In this document: in pieces, positions 9,749 to 19,467 of the stretch
How the letters are laid out: every line of letters starts with the position of its first letter
Numbering within the stretch: the stretch's first letter is position 1
NCBI GenBank assembly: GCA_963813025.1
Contig: CAWEXO010000011.1
Span: 224,001 to 288,000 of the forward strand
Source: an uncultured Verrucomicrobiae bacterium
Lineage (GTDB): Bacteria; Verrucomicrobiota; Verrucomicrobiia; Chthoniobacterales; JAFAMB01
Length of the DNA stretch: 64,000 bases
Direction: 5' to 3'
Program-made: the position numbers and the translations under genes
Notes under the pieces: generated by a model
Database searches by the model: none
Told to the model about the DNA's origin: nothing
Seen by the model: the letters and a program-made list of their open reading frames with translations, nothing else

Positions 9749-10396
9749 TCAAAGTGAATTCCGATCACTAATCTTGGTGAGGCCAAGCCCGAAATAGTTG
9801 CCGCCGGGCTTCAGGGAATACTGGAGGACAAAGGGCACAACTTCCCCTGGCTGGTTTTCCAGATGCTCGACTCTCACCAGCTCCGTTCCGGCGGGTAAAC
9901 GTTTCTGTAATCGGTCGGTAAATGTCTGCACCGGATCGACTGCAGCTTTGCGAGCCTTGCCCTGGACCAACACGCTGTAATTCGTCGGAATCCGGTAGGT
10001 TCCGCCGATCACTTCCACCCGATCGTACTGGTCCGCTTCGATGGCGATAGAGCCGATCACCACATTGTCCGGGATAGTCGTCTCGATCAGACCCAAGAGG
10101 GCGCTCACTGGAACGCGCCGCCGCAAAATCGGTTCCCATTGCCGGATCTGCGTCAATTGCTGGCGCAGTTCCCTGAGCGACCCGTTCTGTCGCTCCAATT
10201 CATCCGCCTGTAAGAGCAAGCCAGCACGACGCGCACTCTGATCGCTCTGTTTCTGCCAGATAAGAACGCCCGAAAAAACCAAAGGAATCTGACACCCGAC
10301 GAAGGCCAAGACTAAGGCTCCGGCGACGCGATAGAGCGGCCCGCGCTGGTAGCGATGTCGGATTGCCTTCTCTGGAGAGACAAACAAGAACTTCAT
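9749..10396 (-). CDS. PilN-like bitopic membrane protein
   Basis: ATG 10396 overlaps the upstream stop (ATGA). TM helix, coiled coil, then LLGLIETTIPDNVVIGSI and VLVQGKA...VQTFTDRL, similar to PilN. Confidence 0.65.
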   Translation of the reverse strand: MKFLFVSPEKAIRHRYQRGPLYRVAGALVLAFVGCQIPLVFSGVLIWQKQSDQSARRAGLLLQADELERQNGSLRELRQQLTQIRQWEPILRRRVPVSALLGLIETTIPDNVVIGSIAIEADQYDRVEVIGGTYRIPTNYSVLVQGKARKAAVDPVQTFTDRLQKRLPAGTELVRVEHLENQPGEVVPFVLQYSLKPGGNYFGLGLTKISDRNSL

Positions 10397-11394
10397 ACCA
10401 GATCTCGAGTCACCCACCGCAACAAATAAGCTACCTGATCGTCCGTGGTAAATTTGTTCGTGCCGTTCCGGCGAAACGTCACCTGCGATCCGGCGATCTC
10501 GGAAAGAACTGGGCCGGCTAGCTCTGTGCCGTTCAAAGACTTGGTTAAATGAACCGGCAGATCGTTTGCGCTCCACACGTACAACGGTGGTGCAATCAAG
10601 TGAAGGTCCCGGGCGAGACCCGCCACCTCGCGCACCAGATGCTCATGGCCTTCCGCAAGTTGTCGCAAAAGAAGCACCTCGCCGTGCTCGATTACTGCCA
10701 GGACCGTCGACCGGGCAAGCAAAAGAAGCACAAAAGCTGTTTCTTGTTGAACTGGCAGCTGGCGTAAAAGCCAGGCGAGCACAGCGATCGGAACGGGCAC
10801 GATCCCCAACAGCGAGCCATTCTGCGTTTCGACCCAGTTTTCGATCTCTTCACAATAATCCGCCGGTAATCCAACCAGCATGATCTGGGAACCTGCTTGG
10901 TCAAGTCGCCCGGAGAAAACTTGCAATTCCGACCCAAACACGGCCCAGCGGAACGCGCGACTATCATCCCAGCTCCCAATGACTTGTTTGGGTTCTTCCT
11001 GCAAACTCTCCAGAAGATCCTCCACGGTGATTTCGCGGAGATTCGTAGTGCGATGAATCGTGCAATATAACTCGGTTGAACTCAGGTCGGGCAACAACCA
11101 GAACTGTGGCGCCCCACGCACGCGCGATCGGGAGAGCAGTTTGGCCGTAAAGCTGCGACCGACCTCCGAGCTCAAGGGTTGCACGCCCGGGAACGGGGGA
11201 GCATCCGGCAACTCCCTGATCGCTCTCTCATACCCGAGATGGTTTTTTTTGCGCGAAATCAAGATCGCCGAAAACTCGTCCGACAAATAGATTGCGAGAG
11301 TCGGATCCTGTGATCGGATCAATCCACCCTGGAGATAGTATTTCCAAGGAAAATTCCGGAGATAGTGCGTTACCGAATACTTCATCGCCATCAC
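10393..11394 (-). CDS. PilM/GspL-cytoplasmic-like protein (divergent)
   Basis: Position before the pilN-like gene. Segments IMLVGLP, LLGIVPVPIAVL and STVLAVIEHGEVLLLRQL recall the actin-like PilM fold. Confidence 0.5.
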   Translation of the reverse strand: MMAMKYSVTHYLRNFPWKYYLQGGLIRSQDPTLAIYLSDEFSAILISRKKNHLGYERAIRELPDAPPFPGVQPLSSEVGRSFTAKLLSRSRVRGAPQFWLLPDLSSTELYCTIHRTTNLREITVEDLLESLQEEPKQVIGSWDDSRAFRWAVFGSELQVFSGRLDQAGSQIMLVGLPADYCEEIENWVETQNGSLLGIVPVPIAVLAWLLRQLPVQQETAFVLLLLARSTVLAVIEHGEVLLLRQLAEGHEHLVREVAGLARDLHLIAPPLYVWSANDLPVHLTKSLNGTELAGPVLSEIAGSQVTFRRNGTNKFTTDDQVAYLLRWVTRDLV

Positions 11395-11438
11395 AATGAT
11401 CTAAATCACAGAATATAACAACATGTATTTATGGTGTT

Positions 11439-12656
11439 CTATATCTTTTGAAGAATTTCAATTGCCGGCAGAAACGTGGCAAACACAATACCGCCGATCA
11501 CCCCACCGAGAAAAAGAATCAACAGTGGATCGAGCACCTGGCGAATCGCGGTCAGCGAGCTGTCTACCTGTCTCTCCAGAAGATCAGTCAACCGGAAGAG
11601 ACCTTCCGTGCCGGCCCCGGAGATCTCCATGAATGAAAGCCCATTGACCAGCAAATCGCCGAAGATGTGTACTTCATCGGCCATGGCGCCCGCCAAGGAA
11701 TCACCACGTTGGACTCGCACGAGAGCGCGTGCCACCGACGAGCGGTATTGGTAATTCCAGCTCAGATCACGACACAGCAGAAGCGCATCCGTCGTCCGGC
11801 TTTTGGCGCTCTTCAGTTGCGCAAACGTCCGGCTAAAGTTGGCACGCAATAAGAGGCAAAGAAGTTTGCCAATTCCAGGTAGATGAAGAATAAAACCATG
11901 CGTCCGCGGCGTTTTGCGAATGAGTTGCGGTATCCTGGTCAGCAGGGTCAAAAGAGCCAAGCCCATCGCTAACACCGTGAATGGATGACCGCTGACCAAT
12001 CGCGAGCAGCTAAGCAGAATACGGGTGGGCAGTGGGAGGTCCGCGTGCAATTCCGCCAGGACATGGACAAATTGAGGAACCACTCGCACCATCAACATCC
12101 AGACCACGCCAAAGGCTGCCGCCAAGACGATCGAGGGATAGATAGACATTAAGCTCAGCCGATGCTGCAGTTCCTCGGTCCGCGTCCAGATCTTGCGAAC
12201 ATTGGTAAGCGCTTGACCGAAGGTACCTCCCTCCTCCCCGGCGGTAAGCAAACCGATGGCCACTTCGTCAAAAATCTCGGGATAGCTCTCGATTGCGCTG
12301 GCAAAGGAGATACCGCGGGAAAGTCGATCTCGCAGATCCTGAATGATCTCAGCCATCATCCGGCCCTGTTTTGTTCTCTGGCCGGTGGTTTTCCGGCAGA
12401 TGTCGAGAGCGGTTCGAAAATCCATGCCCAGGTATGAACTGGCCTCGAGTTGCTCGAGAAAGGTAAGTTTGGTGCGCAGGTTGGGCCGGAACGACCGCCT
12501 CGTTTTGGACGGTTTTGATTGTGCGAAAATCCGAACAACAACTTTATCCGCCCGAAAAAGTTTTTTGTTGAGAATGGCGGCGGACGGCGCATCGCCGGTT
12601 GCGCGCACAAAAGGTGCTCCTCGTTGAGCCTGGGTAACGTACGCAAAGCGCGGCAT
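11439..12656 (-). CDS. GspF/PilC platform protein
   Basis: FLEQLEASSYLGM, LSRGISFASAI, AGEEGG, YPSIVLAA, VVPQF...LPLPTRIL, DPLLILFLGGVIGGIVFATFLP. Confidence 0.92.
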   Translation of the reverse strand: MPRFAYVTQAQRGAPFVRATGDAPSAAILNKKLFRADKVVVRIFAQSKPSKTRRSFRPNLRTKLTFLEQLEASSYLGMDFRTALDICRKTTGQRTKQGRMMAEIIQDLRDRLSRGISFASAIESYPEIFDEVAIGLLTAGEEGGTFGQALTNVRKIWTRTEELQHRLSLMSIYPSIVLAAAFGVVWMLMVRVVPQFVHVLAELHADLPLPTRILLSCSRLVSGHPFTVLAMGLALLTLLTRIPQLIRKTPRTHGFILHLPGIGKLLCLLLRANFSRTFAQLKSAKSRTTDALLLCRDLSWNYQYRSSVARALVRVQRGDSLAGAMADEVHIFGDLLVNGLSFMEISGAGTEGLFRLTDLLERQVDSSLTAIRQVLDPLLILFLGGVIGGIVFATFLPAIEILQKI

Positions 12657-12693
12657 AGCGAGTCAAACCAGAACGCCGATAAACAGTTAACGC

Positions 12694-13179
12694 CTACGGC
12701 GTACCGGACGCCCCGGTTGCCGTCGTTTCTGAGAGCGGGTCAGCCTCTGGCTGGGCAATGAGTGGGACGTTGTATTTCTTCAGCAGAGCCGCGAAACTGG
12801 CGCTTTTGTCGTTCGGCGCAAAATACGCGCAGTTGAGCAAGTCACCAGGCTCAACTGTTCCACCGGTCCCCTCATTCAACTGATCCTGGGTGGTAACAGA
12901 CTGGCCGAAGCGGACCAGATATCCTTTAAACAGATCAAAGGTGGCATTGCTTACCGGAGTGGTATCATCCTGATGATCCAGCCGATATTGGAGCTTCGCT
13001 TTCTCGAGCGCATCGATTCGCTGGGCGGCGATGGCCGCCTCCGATTTTTGGATGGAGTTAATAATAGCGGGATAGATGATTCCAGCCAAAGCGGAAATGA
13101 TTGCGAGCACCACGAGCAATTCCACTAAGGTAAGACCCGTCTGAGCTCTTCGCTGAAGATTGTGACGATAAACTAACAT
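12694..13179 (-). CDS. Major (pseudo)pilin
   Basis: QTG|LTLVELLVVLAIISALAGIIYP. The segment IDALEKAKLQYRLDH resembles GspG. First gene of the operon. Confidence 0.88.
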   Translation of the reverse strand: MLVYRHNLQRRAQTGLTLVELLVVLAIISALAGIIYPAIINSIQKSEAAIAAQRIDALEKAKLQYRLDHQDDTTPVSNATFDLFKGYLVRFGQSVTTQDQLNEGTGGTVEPGDLLNCAYFAPNDKSASFAALLKKYNVPLIAQPEADPLSETTATGASGTP

Positions 13180-13446
13180 AAGATCGGAATCTCCCGACAA
13201 CTCCGGTTAACAATGATCCAAACTAAGTTTTTGTGCGTTTCTAATAGGAGCGACCTGCGAGATTAAAGAATCGGATAAGTTTTGCAAGGCATTACTTTTG
13301 GCGAATCGTGTCTTTGGTTGACATGAAAACCAGCTGGGTAATCGAATTCCATTTTGTAAGTTGTTTGAATCGTTGAGGTTAACCCGGCGGCAGATCACAA
13401 TGAAAAGTCCGTGTGAAATTTTTTTAATCTTTGTATCGCGCAGGCC

Positions 13447-13485
13447 GGCATCCTTGCCGGTCCGGAGAGAGAGGACAAGCTGAAA
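13447..13485. repeat. REP-like element, family B
   Basis: GGCATCCTTGCCGGTC-N11-GACAAGCTGAAA, related to copies at 14417, 20250 and 20825. Confidence 0.6.
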
Positions 13486-13537
13486 AATGGTGTCGGGACT
13501 TTGGTTTCTTGGGAGGATTGACAAGCGCTCGTTGCCG

Positions 13538-13615
13538 CGCTCCTTCAGAGCTCTGCGGTCTTTATGCGTTTTCCTGGGCTGCACCCCAGGCTAGCTTGAC
13601 TCGCCGCTTTCAGCG
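13538..13615. repeat. Three-hairpin REP-like element, family C
   Basis: CGCTCCTTCAGAGC, CCTGGGCTGCACCCCAGG and CGCCGCTTTCAGCG. Same architecture as 20655-20737. Confidence 0.5.
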
Positions 13616-13657
13616 CGGAAGAGCCTCCTGAAGCCGGATACGCCCCGGAAGCTTTCC

Positions 13658-14215
13658 CTATGACCGGAGCGGCACTTCTTCCGCGCCAAGCTCCTTTTGC
13701 ACTTCGCTGACCAGGTACGGCAAATCCTTGCGGGTCATCAGCCAACCGATCAATGGCACGATGATCGTCAGTGCGGCGAGCAGGTTTAGCACGAGGAAGC
13801 CGAGTCGGATCTGATCGGGAGTCCGTTCTGGGGTAAAATTGATGCCGGCCGGGTAGTGAAAAATTGTCAGGATAGCGACTAGCCCGCTTAGAATCCCAAA
13901 CGTCAGCACCCAACCAATTTTGAAGGCCAGATTGGCCCCTCCTTCGAGCTCGAGCTCCGATCCGTGGTCTCGCGGCAGGACTTTTCCGGAGATATGCGGC
14001 TGAAACCAACTGCCGGGCGTCAGGAACCACCATACCCAGGCCATCCTGATCCGCCGCATGAGACGGAACCGTTCACCGGAAAAGGCCGACACAATGGGCC
14101 GAGTGCCCCGGTAAAGACTGGGAACCGAGGGGTCAACGATCGCTGGATCGCCGATTTTGCGAATACGTTCCAAAGCTTCCTGAGGGGAGAGAGGGGTAAC
14201 CAACGATTTAACCAT
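13658..14215 (-). CDS. Hypothetical membrane protein
   Basis: 185 aa ORF with an AGGAG RBS upstream and two to three hydrophobic segments. Confidence 0.7.
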   Translation of the reverse strand: MVKSLVTPLSPQEALERIRKIGDPAIVDPSVPSLYRGTRPIVSAFSGERFRLMRRIRMAWVWWFLTPGSWFQPHISGKVLPRDHGSELELEGGANLAFKIGWVLTFGILSGLVAILTIFHYPAGINFTPERTPDQIRLGFLVLNLLAALTIIVPLIGWLMTRKDLPYLVSEVQKELGAEEVPLRS

Positions 14216-14286
14216 AGAAGTACTCCTTTTAGTCGCTCACGCGCAGGGCACAAGTCAAGGCAACGCTCCAGGGTGATGATTTTTGC

Positions 14287-14340
14287 TCAGCATGCGATGA
14301 TGCTGACGAAATTTGCTCACACTGGAGCCCGATTGTGAGC
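14287..14340. promoter_or_regulatory. Two adjacent inverted repeats, candidate enhancer (bEBP) sites
   Basis: TCAGCAT-N6-ATGCTGA (14287-14306) and GCTCACA-N12-TGTGAGC (14315-14340), 150-200 bp upstream of a sigma-54-type motif. Confidence 0.4.
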
Positions 14341-14416
14341 GTTCTTGTGCGCAGCGGGACTGCTGAAAAAATTTTCCTTCATGGACCGGCCGCGGCAGCG
14401 ACCGCTGGCGGAAGAT

Positions 14417-14458
14417 GGCATCCCTGCCGGTCACACAGGGGGTGACAAGCTGGAAGCC
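14417..14458. repeat. REP-like element, family B
   Basis: GGCATCCCTGCCGGTC-N11-GACAAGCTGGAAGCC. Confidence 0.65.
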
Positions 14459-14485
14459 TGCTCTCCGGGCCGAGACTCGGCTCGG

Positions 14486-14502
14486 TTGGCATATGGCGTG
14501 CT
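14486..14502 (+). promoter_or_regulatory. Sigma-54 (-24/-12) promoter of the urt operon
   Basis: TTGGCATATGGCGTGCT has exact GG-N10-GC spacing and lies about 60 bp before urtA, a nitrogen-scavenging gene. Confidence 0.7.
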
Positions 14503-14559
14503 ATGGCAAGCGCGTTGTTCCCTCATGTCAAAAGTGTCCATCGTCTCACCCTATCGCCC

Positions 14560-15869
14560 ATGAAAATCCCCAAACTGTTAAACGCGTCTTTCGCCGCATC
14601 TGTTCTCACCTGTTCACTGGCCATCTCCGCGTCGGCCGAGAGTAGCGAGCCAATCAAAGTTGGTGTCCTGCATTCTTTATCAGGAACCATGGCGATATCG
14701 GAAACCTCGCTCAAAGATGTCGCCTTGATGACCTTTGACGAGATCAATGCCGCGGGCGGGGTCATGGGACGAAAGATTCAGCCGGTCGTGGTCGATCCGG
14801 CATCGAACTGGCCGCTGTTCGCCGAGAAAGCGCGTCAGTTGCTGACTCAAGACAAGGTTGCCGCGGTCTTTGGTTGTTGGACGTCGGTTTCGCGCAAATC
14901 GGTTTTGCCGGTGTTCGAAGAGCTGAACGGTCTGCTCTTTTACCCGGTGCAGTATGAAGGCGAGGAAATGTCGCGGAACGTTTTTTACACCGGTGCGGCG
15001 CCAAACCAGCAGGCCATTCCGGCGGTGGAATATCTGATGAGCAAGGAAGGCGGCGGCGCCAAGCGCTTTTTCCTGCTGGGAACCGACTACGTTTATCCGC
15101 GAACGACGAACAAGATTCTGCGGGCGTTTCTGCACAGCAAAGGGGTTCAGGATTCGGATATCGCTGAGGTCTATACCCCGTTCGGGCATAGCGATTACCA
15201 GAATATCGTGAACGACATCAAGAAGTTCGCGCAAGGCGGCAAGACGGCGGTTATCTCGACGATTAACGGTGATTCGAATGTGCCCTTTTACAAAGAGCTC
15301 GGGAACCAGGGCCTGAAGGCGACCGAGGTACCAGTCATGGCCTTCTCGGTGGGCGAAGAGGAACTGCGCGGCATCGATACCAAGCCACTGGTCGGCCATC
15401 TGGCCGCCTGGAATTATTTCATGTCGTTGAAAAACCCGACCAATGACGCCTTCAAGAAAAAGTGGTTCGCCTACGTTGCCGCGCACAATCTTCCGGGCGG
15501 CAACAAACGGGTCACGAACGATCCCATGGAAGCGACTTATGTCGGGATTCATATGTGGAAGCAGGCGGTCGAGAAAGCGGGCTCGACCGATGTCGACAAA
15601 GTGCGGGCGGCCACGATCGGACAGACTTTCCGGCTCCATCCGGATTTACCCTGGAGATGGACGCCAATCATCATCTGCACAAGCCGGTGATGATCGGGGA
15701 GATCCGGCCCGACGGACAATTTAACGTTGTCTGGAAAACCAAAGGAACCATCCGGGCGCAACCGTGGAGTCCTTTCATCCCGGGGAACGAGAATAAACCG
15801 GACAGGGTCGCTGGGACGGAATCAGCGGATCCGATCGGAGCTTACCTGGCAAGCATCGGCAGGCCATAG
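14560..15869 (+). CDS. urtA: Urea ABC transporter substrate-binding protein (single-base frameshift near 15630)
   Basis: IKVGVLHSLSGTMAISE, FGCWTSVSRKSVLP, FYPVQYEG, GTDYVYPR. The C-terminus APSGFTLEMDANHHLHKPVMIGEI continues in another frame. Confidence 0.92.
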
Positions 15870-15878
15870 GCCTTCCCT

Positions 15879-17516
15879 ATGTATGGCGTTTTGTGTGTGC
15901 TCCACCGGCGACAGTGGCTGACACTGTGGCTGGTGGCTGGTTTTTTGGTTCTGGCGAAGATCAGCGCCGGCGCCTTGACCCAGGAGCAGCTCAAACCGCT
16001 GGCAGGCGATGATTTTGACGCCAAGAACCAGGCACTGGATCAGATCGTCGCCCCAAACGATCCCGCGGCGCGACGAATTCTGCAGGCGCTCGATCAGAAC
16101 ACGCTTTACGCGACCGATGCCGGGCAAATACTGATCCAGGTGGGCGACTCTTTTCACGACGCGCTCACCGATGCGCCCGTAGCGATCCCTGCTGATTCGG
16201 CGCAACCGGTCACCCTCAGTAACGTCCTCAGGGAACGGGTCACGCGAGGACTCGCGCGGGTCGACTTGGAATCGCCTGACAAAACTCTCCGTGCGCAGGC
16301 CATCGCGACGCTGCTCAGCGATCCTGATCCGGCCTTCAACTCAGCGGTAGAAGCCGCGCGCCAACATGAGACCGATCCGGGCCTGCGCAAACGCCTGGAT
16401 CAGCTCTGGGCGATGACCGCTCTCCGGGATCCTGACCCCCAACGTCGGGCGACCGCGGTCGAGCTGATCGCGCGGCGGCACGACCCGCAATTGCGAACCT
16501 TGATCGCTCCGCTTCTCGAGAAGGGGCCGGACGGCCGTTTTGTGGAACTCGATGCCGGGGTCCGCAAAGCCGCTCAAACAGCCATCGATCAGTTAAAATT
16601 CGACGAACAAAAAACGCAGTGGGTCGCGAACGCCTTCGCCGGGATCAGTCTTGGAAGCATTCTCCTGCTCGCGGCCCTCGGATTGGCCATCATCTATGGT
16701 CTGATCGGGGTCATCAACATGGCGCATGGCGAGTTCCTGATGATCGGCGCATACGCGACTTATGTGACGCAGCAGCAGTTCTCGAGTCACTGGCCCCAGT
16801 TCCTCGATTGGTATCCGATCGCAGCGCTGCCGGTGGCGTTCGGCTCGGCGGCCATCGTCGGTCTGGCGATTGAACGCCTGGTCATCCGTTTTCTTTACGG
16901 GAGGCCGTTGGAGACTCTTCTGGCCACCTTTGGGGTCAGTCTGATTCTCATCCAAACGGTTCGAACAATTTTCGGCGCCCAGAATGTCCAGGTCGCCAAC
17001 CCGAGCTGGATGAGCGGAGGAATCGAGGCGATGCCCGGACTGATTTTACCCTTCAACCGAATCTGCATCATCGTCTTCGCCCTGACCGTGGTCCTTTTGA
17101 CCTGGCTCGTGCTGCAAAAGACGCGGCTGGGACTTTTTGTGCGGGCGGTGACCCAGAATCGGAAAATGGCCTCGTGTCTTGGTGTAAAGACGTGGCGGGT
17201 CGATTGTTACGCCTTCGCTTTCGGAGCGGGCATTGCCGGTCTGGGAGGGTGTGCTCTTTCCCAGATTGGGAACGTGGGGCCGGACCTTGGTCAGACCTAC
17301 ATTATCGATTCTTTTATGGCGGTTGTGCTCGGCGGCGTTGGTCAGCTCAGTGGAACTATTGTTGGCTCCCTCGGCCTGGGCTTGGTGACAAAAAGTATTG
17401 AACCGTTCTGGGGCGCGGTTCTGGCCAAAATCGCCGTGCTGGTTTTGGTCATCCTCTTTATCCAGAAACGGCCGCAGGGTATTTTTGCGCTGAAAGGACG
17501 TAGCTCTGACGCGTGA
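15879..17516 (+). CDS. urtB: Urea ABC transporter permease
   Basis: N-terminal helical extension, then GLAIIYGLIGVINMAHGEFLMIGAY and YIIDSFMAVVLGGVG. Confidence 0.92.
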   Translation: MYGVLCVLHRRQWLTLWLVAGFLVLAKISAGALTQEQLKPLAGDDFDAKNQALDQIVAPNDPAARRILQALDQNTLYATDAGQILIQVGDSFHDALTDAPVAIPADSAQPVTLSNVLRERVTRGLARVDLESPDKTLRAQAIATLLSDPDPAFNSAVEAARQHETDPGLRKRLDQLWAMTALRDPDPQRRATAVELIARRHDPQLRTLIAPLLEKGPDGRFVELDAGVRKAAQTAIDQLKFDEQKTQWVANAFAGISLGSILLLAALGLAIIYGLIGVINMAHGEFLMIGAYATYVTQQQFSSHWPQFLDWYPIAALPVAFGSAAIVGLAIERLVIRFLYGRPLETLLATFGVSLILIQTVRTIFGAQNVQVANPSWMSGGIEAMPGLILPFNRICIIVFALTVVLLTWLVLQKTRLGLFVRAVTQNRKMASCLGVKTWRVDCYAFAFGAGIAGLGGCALSQIGNVGPDLGQTYIIDSFMAVVLGGVGQLSGTIVGSLGLGLVTKSIEPFWGAVLAKIAVLVLVILFIQKRPQGIFALKGRSSDA

Positions 17517-18682
17517 ATACTGATTCAGTCGGCACATCGTCGTTGCGGTTGGGCGGTCAAACAGTTCTCGGCCGCGCCGGTTGGATTTTGCTCGGAAGTC
17601 TCACCGGGCTGGTCCTGCTGGCGGTGCCGGTCTGTTCACTCGTTGTCCCGCCAGGATCGCCCTTTTTCTTTTCCACCTATGCGATGACGCTCGTCGGCAA
17701 GATGATCTGTTTTGCGACGGCGGCCGTCGCGCTTGACCTGGTCTGGGGTTACTGCGGGATTTTGAGCTTGGGGCACAGCCTTTATTTTGCGCTCGGGGGA
17801 TACATGATTGGCATGTACCTCATGCGTTCGATCGGTCTGGAGGGCGTTTACCACAGTCCTCTGCCCGACTTTATGGTCTTTCTTGATTGGAAAGCTTTGC
17901 CGTGGTTCTGGCATGGCACGGAGCATTTCCTTTACGCCCTGTTGCTGGTGATCGCCGTGCCTGGAGCGCTGGCCTGGGTCTTCGGCTTTTTCGCGTTTCG
18001 CTCCGGAGTCAAAGGAGTGTACTTATCCATTATCACTCAGGCGATGACCTTCGCCATGATGCTGTTGTTCTATCGTAACGAGACAGGTTTTGGCGGAAAC
18101 AATGGTTTCACTGACTTTAAACGGATCCTCGGTTTCCCCATCACGGCGACCGGTACGAGGACAGCCTTATTTCTGGCGAGCTTTCTTTTGCTGGTACTGA
18201 CGTTCCTCTGCGGTCGGATCATTGTGACCTCGAAGTTTGGCCGGGTGATTCGCGCAATCCGCGACACTGAACAACGCATTATTTTTCTGGGTTATAACCC
18301 GGTTCGGTACAAGCTTGCGCTCTGGACATTTTCCGCCGTGATTTGCGCGTTGGCCGGAGCGCTTTACGTACCCCAGGTTGGCATTATCAACCCGAGCGAA
18401 ATGTCGCCGGGTAGTTCCATTGAGATGGCTATCTGGGTAGCGCTCGGCGGACGCGGCACGTTGCTCGGCCCTATTCTTGGCGCGTTTATCGTCAATGGAG
18501 CCAAGAGCTATCTGACCGTCGCGTTCTCTTCGTACTGGCTCTTTTTTCTGGGCCTCCTTTTTGTGATTGTGCCCATCTGGCTACCGCGAGGAGTCGTGGG
18601 GCTTCTCCATTTGGCGCGCCGCAAACGAACCAATGTTCTGCCCGGGCCAGTTCTGGAATCGGCCCCGAAAGTAAGACGGTGA
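17513..18682 (+). CDS. urtC: Urea ABC transporter permease
   Basis: LDLVWGYCGILSLGH, LPDFMVFLDW, GFGGNNGFTDF, LYVPQVGIINP. Confidence 0.93.
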   Translation: MNTDSVGTSSLRLGGQTVLGRAGWILLGSLTGLVLLAVPVCSLVVPPGSPFFFSTYAMTLVGKMICFATAAVALDLVWGYCGILSLGHSLYFALGGYMIGMYLMRSIGLEGVYHSPLPDFMVFLDWKALPWFWHGTEHFLYALLLVIAVPGALAWVFGFFAFRSGVKGVYLSIITQAMTFAMMLLFYRNETGFGGNNGFTDFKRILGFPITATGTRTALFLASFLLLVLTFLCGRIIVTSKFGRVIRAIRDTEQRIIFLGYNPVRYKLALWTFSAVICALAGALYVPQVGIINPSEMSPGSSIEMAIWVALGGRGTLLGPILGAFIVNGAKSYLTVAFSSYWLFFLGLLFVIVPIWLPRGVVGLLHLARRKRTNVLPGPVLESAPKVRR

Positions 18683-19467
18683 AAATCTCGGACCAATCCG
18701 CCTCAACGATCGACGTCTCCCACGGAGTGATTCTTTACCTGGAAGATGTCTCCGTTGCCTTCGATGGAATCCATGCCCTGGATCGTCTGAATCTCACGAT
18801 CGATAACGGCGAGTTGCGTTGCGTAATCGGACCGAATGGGGCGGGTAAAACAACCATGATGGATGTGATCACGGGAAAAACGCGACCGGACCACGGAACC
18901 GTCTTTCTCGGACAACGGCTCGATCTACGACGACTCCGGCCACATCAGATTGTGCGCGTCGGGGTGGGCCGCAAGTTCCAGAAACCGACCGTTTTTGAGC
19001 AGCATCTTGTGTGGGAAAATCTGGAGTTGGCCATGGCTACACACCGGGCGTGGCACGATTCCTTGGCTCATTCGCTGGCTGCCACGACGCAGGAACACAT
19101 CGAGAAAACTCTCTCCCTCATCGGGCTGACCCGCGAAGCTTATCGGTTGGCCGGCGAATTATCCCATGGCGAAAAACAGCGGCTGGAAATCGGGATGCTA
19201 CTCATGCAAAAACCGCATCTGCTGCTGCTCGATGAGCCTGCGGCTGGCATGAGCGACCGAGAGACAGAACAATTGATCGGTCTGCTGAACACCTTCCGAG
19301 GAACCTGCTCCATGGTTGTCGTGGAGCATGACATGGAGTTTGTGGCGGCATTGAGCGGAGACACCGGACGCGTCACGGTGATGGCTGAAGGATCGATTCT
19401 CGCCGAAGGCACACTGCCGGAGATCAAAGCCAATCCGCACGTCATTGAGTCCTACCTGGGCCGATAA
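18679..19467 (+). CDS. urtD: Urea ABC transporter ATPase
   Basis: GPNGAGKTTMMDVITGKTRP, GRKFQKP, LSHGEKQRLEIGM. Confidence 0.93.
   Translation: MKISDQSASTIDVSHGVILYLEDVSVAFDGIHALDRLNLTIDNGELRCVIGPNGAGKTTMMDVITGKTRPDHGTVFLGQRLDLRRLRPHQIVRVGVGRKFQKPTVFEQHLVWENLELAMATHRAWHDSLAHSLAATTQEHIEKTLSLIGLTREAYRLAGELSHGEKQRLEIGMLLMQKPHLLLLDEPAAGMSDRETEQLIGLLNTFRGTCSMVVVEHDMEFVAALSGDTGRVTVMAEGSILAEGTLPEIKANPHVIESYLGR

Noticed and set aside
13207..13584. 125-aa minus-strand ORF upstream of the pilin
   Set aside because: Runs through repeats and AT-rich promoter-like DNA and has no protein-like features.
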